Below, in pieces: positions 11,418 through 23,400 of a stretch of DNA of 64,000 bases. The notes under the pieces were generated by a model that worked only from the letters and a program-made list of their open reading frames with translations, had not been told where the DNA came from and did not search any database. The translations under genes were made by a program, and so were the position numbers. Source of the stretch: Intoshia linei (Eukaryota; Animalia; Orthonectida); the NCBI GenBank assembly GCA_001642005.1, contig LWCA01000054.1, positions 2,116 to 66,115 on the forward strand. The letters are read 5' to 3'. Each line of letters begins with the position of its first letter. Positions within the stretch are counted from its first letter, which is position 1.

Positions 11418-14400
11418 ATGGATAAAATTATTTTCTTCAATTTAATTTTTCTTTTAATATTAAATAATATATGCGTCTGCGATGGTAAATGTTTTTAATG
11501 TAATTTAAATTTTTCCTCGTGTAGCAAACAATTGCAATATTAATTTCTGTGAAAAATGCGAAAAAGATAGTTTAACTTGTTTATCGTGCAAAGGAGGGTA
11601 TTTTTTCGACCAAGAAACTTTCAAATGTCAAAGTAATTATTTTAAGTATTAATTTGGTCAAAAATATTTAGAATGCATTAAAAATTGCGACACATGCGGT
11701 TATGTTGATCATTGTAATTTTTTCAATTTTATAAATAAAAAGAACATTTGGTAAAATAGGTACAATATGTAATGTTGGTTTTAAATTTAATTACCAATCT
11801 CGAAAATGTGAAAGTAAATTTTTTTGTACATTATGTATTTTGATTTCTTTATAAAGCTCTTAATATTAGGATGTGTTCCAAACTGTCAACATTGTAATGA
11901 TAATAAAACATGTACTAGCTGTTTGTCCAAGTTTTACAAAACTACAGATAAATACATTTGTTTCGGTATTATGAAGGTAAACTTTATAATAAATTTTTTA
12001 GCTTGTCCGAAAAATTGTAATCGTTGCAGCAATCCCACTGATTGTGTGGATTGTTTAAAAAATTTCTTTTTATTGGATCTAAAATGCTATGGTATAAAAT
12101 ATGTTGTAGTTTATAATTTACAAAATAATGCAAATTTTTATAAAATATATGCATTTGTAGAATGCTCTGAAAATTGTGACATTTGTGAAAATGTTGAAAA
12201 ATGTAATATATGCAAGTTTGGATATTTTTGGGACGCGCAAAATAAAAAATGTACATGTAATGTTTACGTAATTTATGGAATCAACATTTTACACTTTTTA
12301 TGTTTTACTTTGAAATACTAGCTTGTGGAATCGGATGTCTCTCAGGTCAGTGTGATTTAAAGCTTGGATGTCTAAAATGTAAAAACGGATACATGATTGA
12401 TTTGCAAAAATGCAAAAGTATAAAAATTGACTGAATAATTATATTATAATATAATCATAAATACTGTTTATAACAATTAATAAATAATCGAATATAAATT
12501 ACTCTTATTAATAATTGTATTGATAACATTTGAGATTATTTAATATTACCTGTTTTCGAAATATTTTAAATGGCGCAATTTGCTTAGTCACAAATTAAAA
12601 ATATTTCAATTTCATTTTACATTTGTTATATATTTTTTTATTATTTAAAAGAATGTGCAATATTGGAATCGCACAATTGTAATACATGTGTAACTAGCCA
12701 GTTCGGGAATATGTGGCATGGAACAAAATGCATTAGTAATTTAGTCTTTTAAATTTACAATTACAATTATAGAATGTTTGCAATACTGTTCTAAATGTAC
12801 TAGTTCAAATTCTTGTATTATAAATGATCAAGACATGTGTTTGGAAGATTACGCTTTTGATGACAACGCAAAATTATGCAAAGGTAGTTTTTTAATATAT
12901 CGATTTCTGAGGCTAATTTTAAGCTAGGAATAAAAAATACTTGTTTGTTTCTACTGAAATAATTATTTTTTTGGGAATATTTCGATCTAGTATATTTTAT
13001 GTCATAGGCCGAACTAGGGAATTTCATTATTTCTTTTTTTATTTTCTAAATAATGGGTCATTTTGGGTTTTGACCGTGAAAGTGTCGATTTTTGAATTTT
13101 ATCTTGCTTTATGCGTCAGAAACATATAAGTTGGAATTTTTATTTTTTAAATTTGTGAGACAGACAGTTTTCTTTTGACAGAAAACACATTTTGAACAAC
13201 TTTTACTTTATATTTATACATTATACAATCTGCATCTATACTATAATTATAATATTAGTTTGTATCAGTTTAATTACCGATATGAGTGGATTATACAATT
13301 ATGAATCTAGTTGTTTGAAATGCAATGGGTTTTATTACTTGAATGGCATTTGCTCTGGTATATCCGTTTTATTAGAAATTAATCTGTTCTTATTTAGCGT
13401 GTACAACGGATCATTCAATTAAAGAAAAATGTCCATGTATTGATCGAGAAAATTTTTACACCGCTAAAAGTTTTTGGATAGAAACAAACGTGTGTAGAGG
13501 TAATTTAATTTTTTTATTCTTTTATTTGATTCAAAATTGTAAGTTATTTATTGTGAAACATACATGGTTCAGAAGGTCTTGTCTGCCGTAACAAACGAAG
13601 ACGAATGCAATTTTTGTGCTGGTTACTATTTCGATCCAACTTTGAAACAATGCAAAGGTATACTTTAATACAATAATACGCAATTTATTTACTAAGAGAT
13701 CAATTATAACTAAAATGATAATTCATGGGCTAAAATTCATAGTGCATTATAATAAGAGTAATCAAAAAGGTTAAAAAAACTACCTAAATATTATAAATGG
13801 TAATTGTAGTTTTAAAAAAAATATAGTTTACGGCGATTGCCAAAATAGTTGAAATGCTTTTTTCAGAAAAGATTTTTAAATTAAAATTTTAAATTAAATA
13901 ATAAATTCTTGAACCTAACATGATTAATATTTTGATTAATTCTATCACAGATACTGGTTGGGTTTAATAAATTTAAAAAATAAAATTCAATATTATAAAG
14001 ATGAATACAAAATGTAAATGTATAGTATAATTACTCGTACAATATTAAAAATTGTATTTATTTAAAAATGCAAGCTAATTCCTAAGATTGGGGTTCAAAA
14101 TTATTGTTTGATGATCGGTGCGATTCAAATTAAATATAGAAAAATTTTGATCAACTTTTGTTTATTTTTAAGGGTATTTTTTTATATTTATGACAGAGTT
14201 TCTAGATGTTAATTATCCCGAATCCTAGACGACTGCTACATTACTATTTCAAAAATCCTAGATTTATCCCACCATTAATAAAATTTAATAAAAAATACAA
14301 TTTCAAGCCCTATGGAAAAATTGACTTTTACCGATATTTTTTTGAAAAACCCGATTTTACGAAACCTTATGAAAAAAATCCAAAATAAAAAATCCAATTT

Positions 14401-17400
14401 TACCAAATCTTATTAGAAAAATCTCATATTTCAACCATCATATACAACTCCAATATTACCAATCGTTAAGGGAAATATTCTCTTTTCCCAATATCGTTTT
14501 GAAAAATCTTATGAGCAGTAATTTCCTAATCCAAAACCAAAAATAAAACTTAAAAATCTTACTATTGACTAGTATCAATCCTTTAAAGGAGTGGTTCCCA
14601 AAAATGTTTCGGGTGGATCACATTACTTTTTACTTTAAAGTGAATTATTCCATCTTAATTTTTTTTGTTAACACATTTGTGTAAAAGAATTATAAAAATA
14701 ATTGTTATCCTATTTGTTTTATTTATTAGACAGAATGTGTGTACATTTTACAATATTAAAAATAAAGTGAAAACAGTCCAATCCTAAAAATTGTCATTAA
14801 TAGCATAAATGCCAGAAAAAATAAAATTTTGTCATTTTCAATGATATAATATATTTTCGGTATCAATTTAATAAATACTTAAAAATTCCAATTAAGTATC
14901 AATAATTAACGGAATCAGCACTTTATAAACATATTTAGGTGGATTTTACCAATACTGCAAAGGATTGTAATAAATATAAAAATGATAATAACAAAGTTGT
15001 ATTACTTTTAGTAATCGTTGTTGTAGTTTTAATTTAAATTTTAAACAAAAATTTTTGAAAATGAAATTTGAAATTTAAAAATTGCGTAGCTATAAAAAAA
15101 ATTCCGAAGGAATGAATTATATAGATTTTCACCCATATTTCTTTATTGAAAATGTGTAGAGGTTCAATACACATTTTTTTTTTTGAAATTGTAGGATCAA
15201 TATTTACATTTTCAATTTTTATTTTAATCGGATTTATTTAAAAAATATTGGAAATACTAATATTAATTGACTATTTTTCTACATTGAACCATTTATTTAG
15301 CTGTATTGTGTTTGGAATATTCAACAATAATTAAAAAAATAGAATGTGATGCATGCAGCAATTTATTTTATGATACAATAACTGCATCTTGTAAAGGTAT
15401 ATTATAAATGGTTTTTATTCAATTTATTTTATCTTAAAGCATGGGTTCTTATCTTAGGGTGCCAGAAATTTATTTTATAAATATCACTATAATAATTTTA
15501 AATTTTAATTTAATTTATTCGAAATTAAGTTTATTAGAACGGGCACAGAACAGTAAGTTACATGAGGGACAGTTGTTTTGTTATTTAAATGTAATTCTAT
15601 TTAATTTTCAGAATTGACCTGTTCATTGGTTAATCTTAATTCATTGGAAAATACAACCACAAGAATAATTGCCATAAGTAAATGCAATGATTTCAAACAC
15701 GGAATATATTTGGACCCAAAAACTAAATTAGCTAAGAGTAAACTCAATATTTCATTTTAATCATTATTTAGAAATTGACTGTCAAATTTCCCTATTAACA
15801 ACTGATAAAATTGAGTGCGAGTCATGTATAAGCTATTATTGGGATATATACGCAAATAAATGCCAAAGTAATGTACAAATTTGTTTAATTATTAACATTG
15901 ATGAACAATTATTCTATTATTATTTATTACCTATTATAATTATATTATGTAATATTAAGATATTAATATAATATACATTCAAAAACAACCTTAAAAAAGA
16001 TAATTTTATTGTCAAAAACCCAGATTACTATTTTTTGTAAAAATGAAAACAGCCCGTGTATCGATTGAATACACATGTAAATTTGACTTGGAAATTGACT
16101 TGGAAACTTTAAGCTGTACTAAAATTGATCAAAGAAATCTTTTTAGAAAAAATTAAATTAACCCAAGAAATGAAATGCATAAGAATATGTGGAATCTTGA
16201 TTCTAGAATGTGACAAATTTTTATTAAATTTATTATTTTTATCTTTTTGCAACACATTATATTTGAAGTGACACAGGGAGTATCAATAATGTTTTTTTAA
16301 AATATAATTATATTTTAGAGCTATTGTGTAATAATCAACCATTAAATTCTATGGAAAAGTGTCAAGGGTGTAATAGATTGTATTCTTCAAAAAGTGGATC
16401 ATGCTTTAGTAATTTACTATTTAATTCAGTATCCGACAACCAGGGAGGAAAGATTCATTATTGGGAAATTTAATTTATGAAATTTACACTAAATCATTTT
16501 TCCGATTTTATCCCATTAGGTTAAAAATGTTCTTAACCTTTTTCCACTTGGCACCCTTAATTCAATAAAATTTAAGTTTAAAAAATATAGCTTTGAAATA
16601 ATTTTTATTCAAAAATTATCTGACATTTAAAACTGGTTTGGCACCTCAGGTTAAGAACCCATAACCTAATGTCTTTGACCAAAAGTTGACCAAAATTTTC
16701 AGTATTTACAACTATTTTAATCGAGTCACCCCTTTCAATATGGGTACGCGATATTAAGATTTAATAAATAAATTAATAATAAATAATAAGATATTAATTA
16801 AGACATAATTGATTTAATTATAGAATGTCCTGATAATGCCATATCGTGTAACCTGTTTGAAAGCATTTGCAAGAATAATTATTATTTTGATCAGAAAACT
16901 TGGACATGCATTCGTAAACAATCTAATTAATATTAAATATTGTATCAATTATTTATTTGTTTAGTTGCCAATTGTCAAGCTTCAGATTTAAAGAAAAATT
17001 GTGTCAGTTGTCTCACATTTTATTGGAACAAGGAGAAATGCAATAGTACAATACATTCAATAAAATTTATATTTTACTTGTAGAATGCCCCGAAAATTGT
17101 CAAGTATGCCAAAATTCAATTTCATGTGTTAGGTGTAAAACCAACTATGTTTGGTCTGCAGAAGATAATTCTTGTGTTTGTACGTTATATATCAATGCTT
17201 CATAAACTGGGTTCATATAATTTGTTTCTAAAGTTTTAAAAAAAATTTTTTAGTTTACAAATAATTTTAAATCTACTTAGAGTCGAACCTACCGAACAGG
17301 AAACCTCTCTTAGGATATCGACAAAGGTTTTTTAAATGGGCCTCATTTTTTCATAATTGAGCAAATTTTACAATTTTACAAATATATTGTATTTTAATCT

Positions 17401-20400
17401 TAAATTGTCAACTCTAGTCCGGTGCCAGAAGTTAGGGGTAAAGGTTGGTATGGCTACAATGCATTATGTATTGTTTGGAGAAAATTTTTGATGACCTAAT
17501 TTAGATTTTAAGGGATCCTGATTGGGTATTTAACATGTTGGGCTCGTTTCAGGGCATACTTTTTTGTAACTTATGTATTCTTTTACAAATCATAATTAAT
17601 GTTGGATATGTATTAGTGTGCATCTTGAAAGTAAAGGACGAGTGTGCTCAATGTTCAACGCCATTGGAACCATTTTATTTATCTGATTTGCATCAAAAGT
17701 GTCAATGTAATCAAAATACAATTATGTACAATGTAAATTGTACATTATATTAAATTGATTGTAATTTCAATTTTTAAATAATCTAATTAGTATGCAAACA
17801 TGCAGCTATTGATGATATATTGACAGAATCAATGTGCCATGAATGTGGACCAATTAAATTAAAAACTGGAATATATTGGGATAGTTCTGTAGTACCGCGT
17901 TGTAATGGTAAAATATTATTACATGTACAATTTATTAAAACTTATTATAATATTATAATAGTATATATGATATATAGTTTATATAATAATAGTTTATTTT
18001 AATAATGTATATTACTATATGGTATTAAGTACATAAGGGAATCAACTTTTTTAATTTTGTTGTTTATTACTTAGGTAGGTAGTTTTAAATAAATTTAAAA
18101 TATTTTTTAAGCATATTACAATAAAAAATTTTAAAAAAAATTCAGAAGCAAAGTCAAAATAAATCTTTTTATACCCTACCACGAAAAAAGTATTAAAACT
18201 GGAATAACTACTTAGTACATCTTTTGTTTTTAAAATTCTTTACGAAAATGTTAACAAAACAAAATTAAGATGGAATAATTCTTTAATTAATAAACTTTAA
18301 AGTAAAAAGTAATATGATATGATGGTTCCACCTGAAACAAGTTTGGGAACCACTTTTTTAAAGGATTGATAATAATGAATAGTAGAATTTTTAAGTTGGA
18401 TTTTTGACGTAAATGTATTTTTTTGGTAGAATAAAAATGTACCCTCGGCAGAGCTACGTGCTGCTTGTACGTAGTACATAACTGTCAACCTAGTGTATTT
18501 ATAACTAGCAATATTCTCAATAAATATCTAATAAAAAATAATAATTGAATTAGTGTAATTATCTCATTGGCCACTCGATTATTTTATTATTTTTTTCGGT
18601 GATGTTGAAATATAACCTTAAATATTATTAAAATATTGTTTATAACCCAAACTTTTTTTGAGTGTTGTGCAGTATTATAGAAAACGAATCCATGATATGA
18701 ATAATACTCTTTTTTTTTTAAAAGGGGCATTTAATTTTTTGGCCCTAAATAACTCAATTTCTGAAAATGAAATTTACGATAAAATATCACTTTTGAAAAA
18801 TTGTATGAGAAATTTGGTTTTTTTAATTCTAGGACTATTAATTTTTTGATTAAGCAGTAGAACCGACATAAAGACTTTACATCTTATAAAAGTAAAGGAT
18901 TGCTAGTATTTTGTAATTATTTATGATGGATATATAGCGAGTGGTCAGTGGCCACTAATAGAAATAATCTAATGTATTTTCATTGACCAATTTCAATCAG
19001 TATTGTTAATATTCTGAAATTATTTAATATTGTACTTTTATCTAGGTTGTATTGATAACTGCTTATATTGTAATAAAACTGATACGTGTATTGAATGCAG
19101 AACGCATATGTATTTTAAACCCAAAAGTGACGACGAAAAATCTGTATGTTTGGGTAAAAAAATATAAAACTTACAAATATTTAATTTAAATTAGATTGTT
19201 TAAAAAATTGCAAAAAATGCAAAAATTCTCAAACATGTGATGAGTGTAATCAAGGATATTATTACAGTACACAAGACTCTGAAAATAAATGCTTATGTAA
19301 TTTTTATTATAATTTAACGCCTAAGTATTAGTAAGTTAGTACACTATCTCAATGATTAAAATTTAATATTTTCTTAAGGGTTGTGGAAACACAATTTTCC
19401 TGACAAAAATTGGACAAAATTAGATTAATAAAGCAGCATTTTTTTAATACGAGGTAGTGAAAAATTTTTACCGGTCTGCGAAATAATTAGAAGTCAATTT
19501 ATTGCTTTAATGAAAATTTAATGTTTCCTCGTAATTTCACTTTATTGGTCCGCGATAAAAAATAAAAATTTAAAATTTTAATTGATAATTTATCACCATA
19601 TAGTTACTATGTGATATACATCTGATTTAATAATTGCTTTTATATTAGCTTGCCCTCAGAATTGTATTTCATGTGCGAAGCCAACGACATGTATTCAATG
19701 TAAATCACAAACATTTGCAGATTATGAAACTGGAGAATGTTTCGGTAAATTTTTTTAATTTACAAAAATACTTAATTAATTTACTATTAATTAAATTTAT
19801 TAACAAAAAAATAAAATAACATTTAATGTTTAGAATTTTTTATGTTTATTTTTAAACCCAAGAAATTTTTTTAATGATGTGATGTGACCCTTTTTATTAA
19901 GGGTCCACTTTAAATTGGATTGGAATTTTTCTCATAAATTTTTTTTTTCAATAATAAATTGTCATTTTTTACTGTAACCCTTATTTTTCGTGTAAATGAA
20001 CAATGTTATAATTCTCAACATAATTTTTTTTATCATGTCTTTTCTTCTTTTTTGGCGAACATTCAGTTGAGCGATGTATTGTTAGAACGATATATCTTAG
20101 AACAACATAATCATATATTTTGCTAATTAATCATATTATTGATTTTTTCACATAATTTTTAAACATTTTTAAGATAATTTTGGGATCAATATGTGGTAGG
20201 GTTTTTAAGGGAAGTTTTTTTTTAATACAATTTTTAAAAATTTTTAGGGGTAAATTTTTACCCTTTTAGCAGTAGGGAATATTTTTAACATTTTAAGGTT
20301 TTTCAAAATCTTTAAAAATTGCTTAAAAAAAAGCTTCCCTTAAATACCCTACCAAATTATTTTAGAAAAATCTTTAAAAATTGGGTAAAAAAAATTGTTC

Positions 20401-23400
20401 CCATTAAAACTCTTCAAAATATTTGTAGAAAAATTATTATAAAAATTTTTAAAAATTAGTTTAAAAAAAATTCCTTAAAAACCCTACCAAATTTATCTTC
20501 AAAGTCTTTATAAATTTTCCCTAAAGTCCTCAAGTCTGAAGTGTGATATTTTGTTGATAAGTATTTCATAAGTACTTATTTATAAATGTGTGCCGTTTTT
20601 GTAGATTACCCTTAAATTAGTCCCACAAAAAAAATTTTAAAAAATCCATAATATAATAAATTAGTATAATCGATGATTATGTTGTTCCATGATGTATCGC
20701 TCCAACAATACATCGCTCTAGAGAATGGACGTCTCTTTTTTAGCACGGTGACACTATCAAAATCTGAAATTATTTTAGCGCCACGGGATATACAAATATA
20801 TATTTATTATTTGTTTATGTATTTAAAAAAACATTGTATAATGGGATATATTTTTTTTGTTTGAAATGTAGATTACTCTGTAAAAAAAAATTGTCATTTT
20901 TAGAATTCTATGAAATTGTAAATATTAAAAATAATCTGTTTAAAAAAATATGAAAATTTGCACTATATTATACTTTTTTATAAATTTAGATTGCATTAAA
21001 TATTGCAAATATTGTAACACAAACAATAAATGCACAACATGTGACAATGGATTTTATTTAATTTCAAATTTACAAGAATATGAATGTGTCGGTAATAAAA
21101 TTGGATATTATTAAAATTTATTAACATGTACATGTAAATGTAAATACAAGTACAATAAATAATTATTTATTATAATAAATACAACAGTATTTAAGTAAAT
21201 TTATTAATACAGCGAATGTACTTGTATTATTTATAATAAAAATTAAAATTAAAGCTTGCCCTATAAATTGTTCAACTTGTTTGGAGAAAAATTGCTTTAC
21301 TTGTGATTTCGGTTATTGTTTAAATGAAGCCAATTTGTGTACAAGTAATTTTTTTAAATAAAATAAGTGTTATTTGTCTAATTGTCAGAGTCAAACCTAG
21401 CTATCTCGAGGCCATCGAAAATGAAAAATAGGCACTTAAAAAAAATTTTCAACAACTATTCATTGCGACATACAGCCCTAACAACGTCTCTAAGGTTCTT
21501 CACTTGATATTTTGAATTTAACACACAAAATAGTTATGATATTCCAGAATAATATTTTTAATGCTTAATTTTAAAAAATGAAGGCCCCATTTTTCAAAAA
21601 TTTCGCCGCCCCCCCCCCTTCCCTCACCGAAGAACGGTCTCGGTATGGTAGGTCGTTGCTGATAATAGTATTTGAATATTATTGTACAATGTATATCCAT
21701 ACTACTTAAATTGTATGTATTTGTTGTAATAAAAAAATAACTTAATAATTAATTAATGACTTGTATATAATATAATTACATATTATATCACATTTTACTT
21801 TATTTACACTTAATCAGAAAAATTTAGAAAATGATAATAATTGTAAAACATGTAAATACGAAAGTGGAATTGCTCCAATACTTTCTTGTACGAGCTGTTT
21901 CAATGGATATGAATTTGAAATTTGTAAAAGTAAACGTTTAAGTATACAATGTATAAATTATACTATAGTATTATAATACTAGATGTATAATATACATTGT
22001 ATATATAGTAGTAAAATTTTAACTAGCTTTGCAGTTATGTACTTCGTACAAACATCAGTTAGCTCTGACGAGATCTACTTTTTAATTTTAAAACGGATTT
22101 TTTTACTGAAAATTGAAATTTGAAAAATATTTGAAGATATTGGAAGATATATATTAAAAGTTATTTTTGACCGGCCATCCGTAGGATTCTGCGGTTCACA
22201 TTTTATCTCTAGATCAACTGGAATAATCTGTATCAGAATAAAAAATTTTTTAAATTCTACGAGTTTTAGTTTTCCGAGAGTAATATTTCATATCAAATTG
22301 AATTTTTTACAAAACAAAAAATTAATTTATCCTTTTTTTAAAAATAAAATCAACTCTTGAATTTCAAAAAACCTAAATGCCAGGACGTGTTTTACAATTA
22401 TTAATATGTTCATAAATATCAACCTTAGAAACTTACATTTTCATGGCCATAACCACAAATTACCTTTTTTTTATAAATAAAAAAGTTATATGATTTTAAT
22501 AAAACACATTTTAAATTTAAATTTTAAAAGATTAATTTCACAAATTGACGCTTTCACGGTCATAAAATCAACATAATATTTATTTTATTATTTGGTCATT
22601 ATTTTTTTAAAACAAAAAATATGAAATAAATGTTAATTTTTTAATAAAACCGTAACACACAAACATTTAATTTATGCAATAATTAATAATAATTAAAAAT
22701 TTATAATATATTAATTAGAATGCCCAGAAAATTGCGATCTTTGCAACGATAATAATTGTATATATTGCGTAAAGGGTTTTTATTTGGATAAAACATGCTT
22801 TAGTAAATCTTACTTACTTTTTATACATTTTAACATAAAAGTAGAGTCTTTCTTATATTGGTAGACTCAAAATTTTAATTTTTTTATTAAATCTACACAA
22901 AAATCACAACTTTTTGGGTTATCTTGTGTAAATGTTTTTAAACTTTAAAATTCTTAAAATCTCGTGTCACCATTGGTGACTCAACAATACAAAAAATACA
23001 AGAACCACTTTTTTAATTGTTACCTTTGTAATAAAAAAGATTTGGACAATTTTTATACTATACATTTATGTGATAATTTAAAACTGTTAGAATGTGCCGA
23101 AAATTGCATCGAATGCAATACAGCTACAGATTGTGTTAAATGCAAAACTAGTGTAATGGTTTTCGACGAGTCATTGCTCAAATGTGTGGGTATGCTTTTT
23201 TTATACTATTTTTCAAAATGTTTTAATATGTTTAATAGAATGTCTTCAAAATTGTATCGAATGTGTCACTTTTAATAAATGCTTAAAGTGCTTTGATAGC
23301 TATTTTCTAGAAAATGATGTTTGCAAATGTTAGATTTTTTGAAATATATTTAAATAATTTTTCTGTTTATTCATTAATAATAAAATAATCATAGTATAGC

